Translations under genes and position numbers: made by a program
Part shown: positions 37,623 to 51,134 of the stretch, one piece after another
Position numbering within the stretch: position 1 is the first letter of the stretch
Layout of the letters: each line of letters starts with the position of its first letter
NCBI RefSeq assembly: GCF_004010195.1
Contig: NC_057718.1
Location: forward strand, 41,201,208 to 41,263,207
Reading direction: 5' to 3'
DNA: 62,000 nt
Origin: Chiloscyllium plagiosum
Lineage: Eukaryota
The notes under the pieces: generated by a model
The model's database searches: none
What the model was told of the DNA's origin: nothing
The model's input: only the letters and a program-made list of their open reading frames with translations

Positions 37623-39178
37623 CAGGTAGTTCTCCTGTAGCACGTGTTTATTAAATGTGACTTGGCTGTAATACGATCAGTGAATTGCGGACCTTTTCTC
37701 ATAAAGCTGTTAAGTGATTCCATCCCCAGCACTTACCTGAACAGCAAAACCCAGCCTCATGATCCTTTGTCTGCAAAATGCAAATTCAGCTAACACAAGA
37801 ATGCATTCAGCTCTGCAAGCCTTGAAACGTAGCTTGAAACTGGGAATTGTAGTCTACATTAAGAAGAGACTTTACTTCAAACTGAAGGGAGAGTACTGAG
37901 GAGTACTGGCCTTCCACATCGGCATCAGTTGGTCATTTGCCTCATGCACTTTCTGGCAAAGAGCTTCATGAAAGGTACATGCGAAAGTCAGTGAAGTTAG
38001 TGTTAAAGTGTTAAATTTACAGTATTATTTCATTAAAATGTATGTTTATAGATTTACTTAGACTGTGCTATTGTTCGTGTTAGGTTAACTATTATTCACC
38101 TTCCACCCCATCAACCTCCAGATACAACGCATCATCCTCCACCATTTCCGCCACCTACAAACAGACCCCACCATCAGATATATATTTCCCTCCCCACCCC
38201 TAACTGCATTCCACAGAAGCCATTCCCTCCATGATTCCCTCGTTAAGACCACGTCCCCTACCAACCCACCCTCCACTCCCGGTACCTTCGCCTGCCACCA
38301 CAATAAGTATAAAACCTGTGCCCACATTTACCCCCTCACCTTCATCAAAGGTCCCAAAAGGTCCTTCCACATCTGGCATACATTTTCATGCACCTCCAAA
38401 CACCTCATCTAATGTGTCCATTGCTCCCAAAGTAGTTACCTCTATACTGGGGAGACAGGACGCTAACTTGCAGAATGTTTCAGAGAACATTTCTGGGGCA
38501 CGTGCACTAAACAACCCCACTGCCCTATGGCCGAACACTTTAACTCCCTTCCCACTCTGCCAAGGACATGCAAATCCTGGGCTTCCTCCACTGCCGGATT
38601 CTGGCCACCTGATGCCTGGAGGAAGAACGCCTCATCTTCCGCTTTGGGACCCTCCAACCACATGGGATCAATGTCGACTTCATCAGTTTCCTCATCTCCC
38701 CGCCGCCCCCCCCCACCTTATCCCAGATCCAATCCCCCAACTCGGCACCGCCCTCTTGTTCTGTCCTACCCGTCCATCTTCTTTCTCACCTATCCACTCC
38801 ACCCTCCGCTCTGACCTATCAGCTTGACCCCCACCTTCACCTTCCTATCACATTCCAAGGTACTTCCCCTCAGCACCCCGCTCACCCCCCTCCCATTTAT
38901 CCCTCAGCTCTCTTGGGTCTCCCCCACATTCCTGATGAAGAGCTCATGCTTGAAACGTTGATTCTCCTGCAATTTGGATGCTGCCTGATCGTCTGTGCTT
39001 TTCCAGCACCTCACGTTTTGACTCTAACTACTATTTTTGTTTTGATTGTTACTGATATTTTTGGTGGTCCACCCCCTCACCCTGTTTTTCCCATGTGTCT
39101 CACTTTTTATATTGTGCGATTGTCTATAACATGGTGTTGCACAGGAATGCAGTTACCGCGTTATAGGAGAACTACCTG
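37623..39178. mobile_element. Non-autonomous Tc1/mariner (Tigger/pogo-like) DNA transposon
   Basis: TIRs CAGGTAGTTCTCCT(GTAGCACG) / (CGCGTTAT)AGGAGAACTACCTG, with TA duplications at 37621-22 and 39179-80. Confidence 0.8.
38095..39030 (+). mobile_element. Penelope-like 3' fragment (GIY-YIG) nested in the DNA transposon
   Basis: TFHPINLQIQRIILHHFRHLQTDP...KTCAHI...YLYTGETGR...FREH. Hammerhead-like CTGATGAAGAGCTCATGCTTGAAACGTTG at ~38932. Confidence 0.85.
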
Positions 39179-39835
39179 TACTCAGAAACAGAGGGACTTT
39201 GGTGGACAAGTCCATGGATCCCTGAAGTTGTCAACACACATCAGTATGATGGTGAAGAAGACATGCGGAATGCTTGCCTTTATTAGCCTGAATATCAAAC
39301 ATAGGAAGTCTTATCACAATTCTTATAAACAATGGTTAAGCAACAGATAGAATACAGTGTGTAGTTCTGGTCGCCACACTTTTGGAAGGATGTGATTGCA
39401 CTGGAGAGGATGCAGAGGATATTGCCTGGGAAGAGAAGCTTTAGTTATGCGGAGAGACTGGATAGGCTGGATTTGTTTTCCTTGGAGCAGAGGAGGTTCA
39501 AGGGGGGGATCTGATTGAGATGTACAAAGTTATGAGATGTATACATCGGGTAGATGGTGAGAATCTTTTCCCTATGGCAGACATGCCTATGACCAGAGGC
39601 TTAAGTTTAAGGGGAGGAGCAAACGGTTCAGAGGAGATCTGATAAAAAGAATTCATCCAGGAATATGGAACATGCTATCTGAGAGGGTGGTGGGGACAAG
39701 TACTCTCACTTCATTTAAGAAGCATCTGGATGAGCACTTAAAAGGCCAGGATGTGGAGTCCCCGGTGTTGGACTGAGGTGGATAAAGTCAGAAATCACAC
39801 AACACCAGATTATAGTCCAACAGGTTTATTTGAAA

Positions 39836-39872
39836 TCACAAGCTTTCAGACCATAGTCCCTTCATCAGGTGA
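39836..39872 (-). ncRNA. Minimal hammerhead motif in a short PLE terminus (39757-39872)
   Basis: Reverse complement reads TCAC-CTGATGA-AGGGACTATGGTCT-GAAA-GCTT-GTGA. Confidence 0.6.
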
Positions 39873-40249
39873 AGGGTCTGTTTCTATGTTTATTGATTCT
39901 ATGACTCGATGACTCTAATTTGAATTTGTATGTTTCATTTGAGATTGTCTTTAGTTACAGTGCCCAAAAAGGCTTTCAATTTGGTTTAATTTGGCATTAC
40001 TTTATTTTCTACTTGCTTAAAAAGTCACTCCTGGCATCTAGTGGAGACCTGATCTCTTGAAAAACTGATTGAAAGTGTATTGTAGCTCTAGTGACATCTC
40101 GTGTTCTGTCGGGTCAGCAATGCTCAATGGAGCAAGGCATTTCACTAAAAACCTCATCACATCCATTGGCAATGGCAGGTAGTCATTCAGGTGGGAAACC
40201 CATGACTTTTGCAGTTCTGATGTCCTGATATGCAAGACGCAAGGTGCTA

Positions 40250-41600
40250 GAAGAGGTCTGGTATGATAGGCTTTGGGGGGAGGGCATTGGTAGGCAGACT
40301 TCAGTCCACATGACTCCAGTCATGCCAAGGCCACATTCATATGTCCCTGAACCACTACCTTAAATGAATTCAGGATGACTTGCGCCTCTGAAAGGGTATT
40401 GTCAGACTAGAAGGTCATGTGGCTATCATACATACCTCCAAGCTCCTGTGATCTTGGTGGCAAGGAGTTAGCCTCTTAAGCCATACAGCAGTGCAGAATC
40501 ACATGGTCCACATGTTGGTTGGCACATTGATCTGGTTCAAGACTAATCTCTGTGAGGGCCTAACCCAGAGCTTCATGAAGAAGGATGCCCAAGGGTAAAG
40601 GGCCCTATTAATCGGACAGTGTACTTTCACTTACTACCATACAACTTACATTCTTGATCACACAGGTGTCATCCACTTTCAAAGGTCCTCAGCTTATACA
40701 AAGATTGTTGCTGGGCAACGAGCGATACATTTTCCATATCTGGCTGATGTCACTGCTAAAATATCTTCAAACTGATATTGAGGAGGGACACAACACTGAC
40801 ACATTTGGACCAGGACTATTGCAGAACAGACCACTGGCATCCTGAAGAAGATGTTCTAATACTTGAACTGGTGGCCTGCATGTACCCCAGACCCAGCGCC
40901 CTGCATCACAGTGATGTTCTGCACTCTCTGCAATCTCAGTTACCATCAGGGGAATGTGTTGGCAGAGGCGGAGGCACAGGATTGACAGAAACCTCTGAAG
41001 AGGCAGGATGAGGCTTAAAATCCTAGGTCTAAAGGACTCCGTATTTCTCAGTGTGTCATACACAGGTAAACTCCTCAGTCCCTGCTGTTTCAGACAATGA
41101 GGGAACTGCCAGAGGGACATCATAGAGTCAGGCCTCCTCTGGACTGACCTATGATGAAGTTGCCAGGATGACTATCTACTGCAGCTCCTCCCTTTGGGTT
41201 CTTGCTGGCTGGCCTTGAATAGAAAAGGTTCTTGGAGTGAGGAGGGTACATTCTTCCTCCTGATGCTGAGCTCCCCCATGGCTGGAGCAATGGGGTGCAG
41301 ATCTGAACACACATCCAGCACCCATAAAATGGTCTGCTGAACCTGGTCTCCAAGGCAACCAGCATTTCCATGTACTCACATGCCAGAGCCATCACCGTAG
41401 TGAGAACATGGATAGATACCTCAATCTCTTGTTTTAGTTTACTGAGGGCCTCTGGCACACCATCCCAATGTTCCCTAGCCTCTCTCTGCAGGGTGACAGT
41501 GCCACAGCGCACCTTCAGTATTGGGTTCAGCGCATGCCCAGTCTCTGGCACAGTGGAGACATGTCATTAATGTTCTCACCAGGTTGTTTCCTGCAGTCCC
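40250..41600 (+). mobile_element. Decayed PIF/Harbinger transposon (transposase on +, possible accessory ORF on -)
   Basis: LLGNERYIFHIWLMSLL...EEGHN, TRTIAEQTTGILKKMF*YL and CITVMFCTLCNL match Harbinger motifs (LGD.GYP...WLMTP, R..IE...G.LK.RF, C..LHN). Convergent helical ORF at 41120..41551. Confidence 0.65.
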
Positions 41601-42240
41601 CACCTGCTAGAGCATGCACTGTCTGTAGGCTGGTGGTTGGTGTAGGTGATTTGCTGGTGGTTTGCTGGTGTCTCCTCTGAGATGTCACAGGCTGGTCCTG
41701 ACAGAGGGTTCAGACTGCGGTCTCTTTCATCAGGCTTGTTTCTGGGTGCCCTGGTGCTAAAAGTACAGAAGACAAAGGAATAATAGGTGAAGATGACATT
41801 AGCTGATGCAGATCAACGTGTTTGCCTTTGTGCACATCAAAGATCAGTTAGTGTTAATATTGCTTACTGGTGTCCTGGGCCATTCCTGTTTCTCTGTCAC
41901 TACAGCAATGGTCCTGGTCTTCTCCAGCCAGCTATATTGCCCTTTCCTCAAAAGTTATGAGGAACATGATGTCCAGAACTCTTGTGCCAGTCTTGGCAAT
42001 CCCCACATAATTGTGAGCCAACCCACCCTGCAACGAGCTAATGGAAAGGGTGCCAAGCACTTAGTTAGCATCTCCAGTAAGTGAAGAGCAAGTGTAATGC
42101 ACAAGAAGGATTTATAGTGAGAGAAAATGAGGTGGATGTGACCCATTGAATGCACGTCATGCAATCGATGCTGAGGCTTGTAGATTATGAGGCTTTATGA
42201 GATGCCTGTGTCATCACAGAGATAGGCTGAGTGACGCTTC

Positions 42241-42382
42241 TGTGTGTGTGTGTATATGTGTGCGCGTGTGTGTGTGCATGTGTGTGTTTGTGTGCTCGTG
42301 TGTGCCTGTGTGTGTGCATGTATGTATGTGTGCATGTGTGTGTGCGTATGCAGGCATGTGTGTATGCGTGTACGTGTGTGCG
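42241..42382. repeat. Imperfect (TG)n microsatellite
   Basis: Seen directly in the sequence. Confidence 0.9.
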
Positions 42383-42734
42383 TTCCTGACACTACCCAGT
42401 AAAATCTGTAATGCTGTGTCACTGAATCCATGGTGAGCTTCTGCCTCTTTATTGTTGTGGGTGACAAAGATAGGGTGAATGGATGCTCCTGGCCTGTGGT
42501 AAATCAAGTAGTGTCCAGCTGGCTTTTAAATATGATGCCAGAACTTACAACCCCAGAAAGTCCTAGCCAGCCATGAGATTGTTCTGCTCGCTTGGCACAT
42601 ATGCTTCACGGAGTCACTAACCCAACATCTTGCTTGCATCGATGGCGAGATGAGAAGCACATAGACACGGGGGATAACCTGACTCCGGCGTTGGTAGATG
42701 TGACCCTATCTAGGTTGTATGACATCAGAACTAT

Positions 42735-42945
42735 CTGCCTCAGAAGGCTGAGGAAATGGGATTATTGAATATTTTTTAAGACGGGATGGATAGGTCTTGT
42801 TCAGCAATAGAAGCAAGGGTCACCATGGGTGGATAAAAATGTGGAATTCGAAATGCAAATAGATAAGCCATGCCCTCATTGAATAGTGGAGCAGGCGCAA
42901 AAGGTGGAATGGTGTTCTTCTGCTCCTATTTCATATGTCTGTACA
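42735..42945 (+). mobile_element. Old CR1 3' tail
   Basis: AGCCATGCCCTCATTGAATAGTGGAGCAGG...TTCTGCTCCTATTTCATATG. Confidence 0.55.
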
Positions 42946-44011
42946 TATTTTGTATCTAAGACACCTATTGCTGTGGGAAAGTCTCAGCCCATCAGTTTCC
43001 ACAGCTCCCTGAAATAGATGCACATCAGTTGCCTGCAGGAGATCGCATCACACAACCCTGCGGTTCAGATCATCTGATCTCTCTAGCTTCAATGCTGCAT
43101 TCCATTCAGGACCTGGTTGTGAGGTATCTTTTCGCCTACTTAGTTTTATGCCAGAACTATGAAATGCAGTTTGTCCTTGTGTGTCAACACCTGAAGAAGA
43201 AAGGGAGATCTATTAGTGAGTGACTACTTCAATGAGTGAGGTTTGTTGTGAAATATGCTGATGTGTGACATCGAGGTAGCAGTGAGCATAATAGGGGTCT
43301 TATACAAATGATTGACAGCAGCAGGATGATATGTCATGTTTAGGAAAATAAAAGTGCATAGTTTTGCCATCCCACCAGGTGATAGAAATACATTGCATGT
43401 GTTTGATGTGAACACGACAGCTGAAGCTGATTGATTTGTTGAAATGAGAAGAGGCAACATTTAACTCCTGTTGGTGTTTAGAGTGTACCCAGCAGCAGGG
43501 AGAAATGGGAGCAATTTGGTGACCATGTGTGATGCTGAGAAACTGACATGGTTCCCCTCACTCAGCCTCCAGTTCTTAGGCAGCAGAGCCTGCCATCATA
43601 CACGCAGGCCCAGATAGGAAATCTCTGGGCAGTCGGTCTGTTTCCTACCTGCGGTAAAATCTGCATTAAGCAAAAGATAGGCACCAATTGATACTTCATG
43701 GTTTATGCCTCTGAGTCTACTTTCAATTCTAAAGTAGGTTTCCAGAACTTAAGTGGGATTGAGTTTCTGAGCTGTTTTACTAACTCTCCCTACAAGGTGG
43801 TACCAAGCAACTATAGAGTCTTTTGGTCCACAATCTAAGGCATCACATTTACATGGGGCCAAGTTGATGGAACAATTTCCTGCCTCACATTTCTGCATAG
43901 CAATTTTAAAACTTAACATTTTTCTTGAAATGTACTAAATTCCATGACCCATATCTTCAATAATCTATGTCCTACATTTTCTGTACTCCCCAGCCAAAGA
44001 ATTCCAAATGC

Positions 44012-44912
44012 TGGAGGTATAATGGACAGCGAAGAGGGTTACCTCAGATTACAACAGGATCTGGACCAGGTGGGCCAATGGGCTGAGAAGTGGCAGATGG
44101 AGTTTAATTCAGATATATGCGAGGTGCTGCATTTTGGGAAAGCAAATCTTAGCAGGACTTATACACTTAATGGTAAGGTCCTAGGGAGTGTTGCTGAACA
44201 AAGAGACCTTGGAGTGCAGGTTCATAGCTCCTTGAAAGTGGAGTCACAGGTAGATAGGATAGTGAAGAAGGCGTTGGTATGCTTTCCTTTACTGGTCAAA
44301 GTATTGAGTACAGGAGTTGGGAGATCATGTTGCGGCTATACAGGACATTGGTTCGGCCACTGTTGGACTATTGCATGCAATTCTGGTCTCCTTCCTATCG
44401 GAAAGATGTTGTGAAACTTGAAAGGGTTCAGAAAAGATTTACAAGGCTGTTGCCAGGGTTGGAGGATTTGAGCTACAGGGAGAGGCTGAACAGGCTTGGG
44501 CTGTTTTCCTTGGAGCGCCGGAGGCTGAGGGGTGACCTTACAGAGGTTTACAAAATTATGAGGGGCATGGATAGGATAAATAGGTAAAGTCTTTTCCCTG
44601 GGGTCGGGGAGTCCAGAACTAGAGGGCATAGGTTTAGGGTGAGAGGGAAAAGATATAAAAGAGTCCTATGGGGCAACTTTTTCACGCAGAGGGTGGTACA
44701 TGTATGGAATGAGCTGCCAAAGGATGTGGTGGAGGCTGGTACAATTGCAACATTTAAGAGGCAGTTGGATGGGTATTTGAATAGGAAGGGTTTGGAGGGA
44801 TAGGTGCTCGGTGCTGGCAGGTGGGACTAAATTGGGTTGGGATGTCTGGTCGGCATGGACGGGTTGGACCGAAGGGTCTGTTTCTGTGCTGTACATCTCT
44901 ATGACTCTATGA
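44012..44912 (+). mobile_element. CR1/HER1 3' fragment, well preserved
   Basis: LQQDLDQVGQWAEKWQMEFN...LVRPLLDYCMQFWSP...RRRLRGDL, with an (ACTCTATG)-repeat tail. Confidence 0.92.
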
Positions 44913-47329
44913 TTGTAAAAGTTTGGTTACTTTAAGATGTGCAGATTGTTATATGCTGGTAAGATTGATCAATTTTTCACACCGATTAATTGATAATTTG
45001 ATACATTGAGTTAAAAATTTTCTGTCAATGCATTTCAAAATACATCTTCATAGATGGAATATACATGGATAAATGGGCTTAAATGAGTAGGATAGAGTCA
45101 ACTGACAGCAATGTTCAAACAGCTTGAACAATTCTGCCACGAAAGGATCAGACATTAAGTTTGGGACTCATTATTCTGAAAAATGTTCTGCAAGTACAAT
45201 TTTAAATACCACATGGCATTAAGAGCACACCAGGGTGTTTGTTAGCACTAGGCATTAACCTGCAGGTGTGCCCCAGCATACAATCTCTTCAAAGAACAGT
45301 CACAAATGCTTCTGTTACTTAAAAATGGATTATAAGGATTAAAGAAAACACAGGGCATTTGACTGACTGTAAGAAAAATTGGAATTAACAGGTTGACAGT
45401 GTTTTCTTTAAGTAATGAAGAAAGCAAAAGTTACTGACAGTGGGGAGAGATTGGAGAGCAACTAGTTGTAGGGTTGATGTTTGGCTACTCATAGAGTCAG
45501 GATAAAGGACTGTGTTAAATATAACACATTACTTCTTTTTCTTTTGCCAAAGGCTGAATAGATCATAGAACTATTTCATAGAGCAGCAGTTTAATGTTGT
45601 CATTTGAGATAAGCTATTTCGATAAGATATTTAGTAAATAAACAAGAGCATCATTTAGATTGCAATCAGCAGCCTGGATTGCATTATCGACAACATACCC
45701 TTAATGAACCACAGCCATTCATCTTTTGAGAACAACACAGCACCAAATTCTATATTTCTAATAAATGGTCTTAATTGCAGTACAATTCTCTTTATGTAAT
45801 ATAGGAAACAATAATTGTTATGATGCATCAAGGAAATGCAGTAATGCAGCCTTAATGTGTTCACAAATTGGATTTTCATATTTACATAATGTCTTCCAAT
45901 TTATAGGCCATGAAGGTCATGTGTTATTTTCCCCAAATGCCTAACTTATTGAGTAATATTTTTTGAATGTCTTATAGTGTCCAGTTATTTTGTCGTCTTG
46001 GCTTCTGATACAGTTGCAAATTCATGAAGTCACTGTTTTGAAAGGCGTTCTGCCAGCCCATATTTGCATTTGATTATATATTCCACTCAGGTTCGAGCAC
46101 AAATCAAATTCCTCAGACAAAAAGAAGAAAAATAGCTCTTACTAATAGTCCCAGAATTCACTGTAGTGCAACATGAGGCAGGAGCATAACAAGATACAGA
46201 CTTGTGCTTAATGCTGTGCACTTATGAATTTGAAAGCAAGAAATATCTTCTTTTGTTGTTGCTGTTCTGAACACAAACTGAGCAGGTTAACAATTTACTG
46301 CTTCAGTTCAGCGTGGTGACATTGTCTTCTTGTTGGCACATATTCGAGCTTGTTATTTAATATGTCTGCAATGAATTCCTCATTGCTCAACTGCATTACG
46401 TGGACCTCTTCATTAAGGAGTAGTGGACATTTTGTTCACCTGATGTCTAGGCTCACTGTGTACTAGGAGCCAAGCAGCAACTTTTAGTTGAGTACCTTTC
46501 ACAATAGTATATTTCCCAAGTCTACTTGAGAAGGTGCGAAACAAAGCAAGCCATCTCTTGAAGGCGCAGAGAGAAGGGATGGCTATTTTAAAGCACTTTC
46601 TGATTGTTGGCATCCTCTGCTACTTTGAATGCTCTTAATGGCAACAATTTATCATTTCCTGTTTGCAGGCCTCAAAGCAATATTAGTGTGGACTTGAAAT
46701 AGTTGCCTCTTGTCTCAGCCAAGGATCAAGTTAAAATCTAAAGGGAAAATAAAACAGACAAAATAAGGAATATCTTCTACAGTTGGGGTGGGGCAGCAAG
46801 GTAGTTCAGAATCGTTCTCCCTTCTGAGCAAGGTCCCAAAACATTAACTCTGATTTTTCTCCACAGATGCTGCCTGCCCTGCTGAGGCTTTCCAACAATT
46901 TCTGTGTTTGTTGCTCGAATCTATTGTAGGTTTGAAGCCATTCTGCTGAATAAAATAGAAATCCTAAATTAGTCTCAAATCTCCACACGGTAGATGTGTC
47001 AGTTATACTAGCCATGGTTTCTCAACTGTCTTTGGCTCTGGCATTTGATGCAGAGTATGGTGGAATATATAGCACTCACGGTGGGAAGCAGCGGGTCTTT
47101 TTGCAAATAAGTTCAGCTGCCCAGAAGAGAATACGAAGATTAAAACATTGAAGGAATTGTTATTTTTAACAGCTGAAGCAGTTTGAAATTCCTCAGACAA
47201 AGACTGAGTGATGAACCAGGCTGGTTCAGGATTTTGATACGATTGATTATGACTCTTGACATTTTATTTGTATTCGTTAATGGGTTGCAAGTTTTGCTGA
47301 CAAGGCCAGCACTTATTGTCCAACCATGC

Positions 47330-47520
47330 CCTAGAGAAGGTGGTGCAGATCTACATTTATACTTTGACCAGGGCCATGGTGGAGCAGAGTGTAGTGCTAA
47401 CGAAGATACAGGTCCACTGGTTAGACCAGTCTGAGGAGGGTGCGATGCAGTATACCCTGAACAGAGGGTACTGTCATTTTAGTGCACTGTGCTCTGCATA
47501 AATGGAGCAGACAGTGAGGC
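47330..47520 (+). mobile_element. Harbinger transposase C-terminal remnant
   Basis: TRAMVEQSVVLTKIQVHWLDQSEEGAMQY followed by a frameshifted CALH-like motif. Confidence 0.5.
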
Positions 47521-48339
47521 AATGTACTGAATGATGAGGATTTGGGAAAATGGATGCAGTCTTCTGGAGGACGACACAACAGAGCTCTGCTGCGTTGGGC
47601 TCAAAAGCCAGAGAGGATATGATTGACACCCAGTTCCAGGCGACGAAAGCTGGGTGCAGCAGTCCATGGTGGAATTTAGAATTCCCATTGGTCAAGATGC
47701 CCACATTTGGTTTGCGTTGTAGAGATGAAATGCAGCTCCTATTAGTTTTGTTCACCTGTGTGTGATGTTCCCTTGCTGGACAATGCCAAACTGGTCTTTT
47801 CCAATGGGCACTGGGGACAAAGGGTGACCGAGAGACATTGTTTTTGCAGGATATAGCTAAGGACAGATAAACTGTGTGGCGTGGTGGTTAACTAGGGTGT
47901 GGGACTGGGGTTGCATGTGTGTGGGAGTGTCAGCCGTTCTGGCTATGTGCCACTAGCAATGTGCCATCACCTTGTTGGTAAGGGGCAGTACCAGATTGCT
48001 AATGCTTGCCTCGGTGCACAAGCGATCTTTTTAAAGGATCCTTTAAAGATGCAAAGGATGCTAGTCTTTTGGTGGATATCCTCTGAATGGCAAGTAGTTC
48101 CAGAATGGTGCATGATAAGCTGAGGCTAGAAGCAGATGTAAGGAACACCACTGGGTCAGAGTAGGTTGTTAATAAGTTTGGTAAGATATGACATGGAAGC
48201 TAGCTAGGTCTCACAGCAAGAAAACTTATAAAACAACTCAACGCAACTTATATTTAACAACAAAAAAGTATGTGTCAGCTCAATATGTTCAACTTTAGAC
48301 AGTAAGTAAAAGTGAAGCAATAGTGTCGTAGAGCCACAA

Positions 48340-49230
48340 AGTCATAGAGCTGTACAGCACAGAAACAGACCTTCAGTCCAACTCGTCCATGCCGACCAGA
48401 TATCCTAACCTAATCTGGTCCCATTTGCCAGCACTTGGCCCATATCTCTCTAAATCCTTCCTATTCATATACCCATCAAGATGCCTTTTAAATGTAATTG
48501 TACCAGCCTCCACCACTTCCTCTGACAGCTCACTTTGCATGAAAATGCTGCCCCTTAGGTCTCTTTTAAATCTTTCCCCTCTCACCCTAAACCTATGCCC
48601 TCTAGTTCTGGACTCCCCGACCCCAGGGAAAAGACTTTGTCTATTTATCCTATCTATGCCCCTCATGATTTTCTAAACCTCTATAAGGTACTCCTCAGCC
48701 TTCAACGCTCGGGGAAAACAGCCCTAACCTCTTCAACCTCTCCCTATAGCTCAAATCTTCCAACTCTGCCAACATCCTTGTAAACCTTTTCTGAACCCTT
48801 TCAAGTTTCACAACATCCTCCTGAAAGGAAGGAGACCAGAATTGCACGCGATATTCAAAAAGTGGCCTATCTAATGTCCTGCACAGTTGCAACATGACCT
48901 CCCAACTCCTATAGAGCTATACAGCACAGCACTCCAATGGTTTGACTAATAAAGGAAAGCATACCAAACACCTTCTTCACTATCCTATCTACCTGCAGCT
49001 CCACTTTCAAGGAACTATGAACCTGCACTCCAAAATCTCTTTGTTCAGGAGCACACCCCAGTGTATACTGTTAAGTGTATAAGTCCTGCTCTGATTTCCT
49101 TACCAAAATGCAGCACCTTGCATTTATCTAAATTAAACTCCATCTGCCACTCTTTGGCCTATTAGCCCATCTGATCAAGATCCTGTTGTATCCTGAGATA
49201 ACCTTCTTCACTGTCCACTACACCTCCAAA
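48340..49230 (-). mobile_element. CR1/HER1 3' fragment
   Basis: Reverse complement of the 44012-44912 type. ORFs 48373..48666 and 48695..48895. Confidence 0.9.
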
Positions 49231-49869
49231 TAGATCAGAAAGATCTAATGAGACTGTTTGTTTTATACTGGAGTTCTATGTGGATAAAAATGACAACTGG
49301 ACGAAGACACGTGAGGAGTTGAAATGCCTTTTTCTGATTAGCCAGTTAACCTCTGATGGTTAACAGTTATTTCCATTGTCCTTTTTCCCATGTGTTGGAT
49401 GGGCATTTTAAGAAACAGTATCTGCAGACACAACTTTTAATGAGGACCATTCATTTCCCCGATTGAGATACTTACCCAGAAGATATCAGCCATAATGAAA
49501 CATATATGGAAGCAGACTGAGATCTGCTGCTGGAGATTGGTGCACGTTGGTTTTGCTCTGGTTGTATCTGGATTCAGACTGGAGGTGACCACAATACTGG
49601 TCATTCTATTGGCTAGAAATCTGGCACCAGTAGTTCTCATGACTTTTCAACATAGACTCAGATTATTCTGAAACTGAATCCCGTACTGCCTCTTCACATT
49701 ATTGTGTATCTTCAATAAAATCCATTTACATTATGTTCATTATCTCTTTGGCCTCTTAGTTTTAGACAGTTCATGCCTTATACCATTCCCCACTTCCATA
49801 GTCCCTGAGCCCTGCCAATATTCGCCCTTGACTCCCACACTATTTCCAAGTCTGGATAGTTAGGGAGGG

Positions 49870-50640
49870 GGCTGGGAGGGAAACCTGGAGGTGGCGGTGT
49901 TCCTGTGTATCTGTTGTCTTTGTCACACTGGATAGAAGTGGTTATTTGTTTGGAAGATGCTGTTTAAGAAGCCATGGTGAATTTCCACAGTGCATCTTGT
50001 GGATAGTACATACTACTGCTGCTGCTGCTGCTACTGAGCATTGCTAATGGAGGGAGTGGGTGTTTGTGGATACAATGCCAATCAAGCGGGCTGTTTTGTC
50101 TTGGATGTTGTTGAGTTTCTTGATTGTTGTTGGAGCTGCACCCATTCATACACGTGAGAAATATTTTATCTCCCTCCTGAATTCATTTAAACTAATTCCA
50201 TGATGCAGGATACTGTGCTTTTTGAGTGTTCACCTGGGACACACATCAAGTTAAAAATCAACTGTGCCTGGAGGAGCATCACAAAAATAATAAGGCCTGA
50301 ATGGCCTACTCCTGCACATGTTTTCTGTGTTTCTATGACTTGCGCTTTGCAGATGATGGGCAGGCTTTGGAGAGTCAGGAGGACTGCAAGATTCCTAGCC
50401 TCTGACCTGCTTTTATAACCATTGTGTTTATGTGGCTAGTCCAGTTCAGTTTCTGGTTGGTGCTAATGCCCAGAATGTTGACAGTAGAAGATTCAGTGAT
50501 GGTAATGCCATCAAACCATCATCAAGGGGTGATGGTTAGATTGTCTTTATTTGGAGCTGATGTTTGCCTGGCATTCATGTTACGCACATGTTATTTGCCA
50601 TTCTTCAACCAAAACCAGGATATTTTCAGCTTTTGCTGAG
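49870..50640 (-). mobile_element. Second-family LINE fragment
   Basis: Colinear with ~9000-9600. Confidence 0.7.
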
Positions 50641-51134
50641 TTAGTGCAGACAATAATAGGAAACCGTGATGAGGAAAATATGCAATGTGGCAGATACCTC
50701 TGAGCTCTGTTTTGACACAGGTGAGCACTACATATTCAGTGGATGTCCAGACAAATTCGTGCAAAGGTTCTTAAATGTGCAATAAAACATTCTGTTTTTT
50801 CTTGTGCTTGGGTCTCAACTGCCTCAGGTTCAAGCTGTGGTGCATCATGCTGCTAAACATTCCTAACTATGACACCAACAAGTGCTCAATCTGTGCCAAA
50901 GTGCATCGTGCTCTGTCTGTGGAAAATTGAATGTAGGACTGGATGATTAAAACCTGTTAAAAGACAGAACCTGTATCTGCATGCAACATGTATTGGGCCT
51001 GGCCACGTGTTTCGTCAAGGAAAGTCTTGCTGGATTTGTGAGAGTGCACTGAGGAGAAAATAGTGCAAGGTTAGTAACAAAATTCCTCCAGGTTCAAACA
51101 ACTAAGAACATCTTGAGAAGAATGGAAGGAAGTA

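Larger units (their letters stand above)
37340..39915 (+). mobile_element. CR1 RT-to-3' fragment interrupted by a DNA transposon and PLE pieces
   Basis: AAGTTTGTAGATGAC (KFVDD). The sequence continues across 37622/39181 (CCTAGGGAGTA|CTCAGAAACAGAGGGAC). ACTCTATG-like tail near 39900. Confidence 0.75.
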
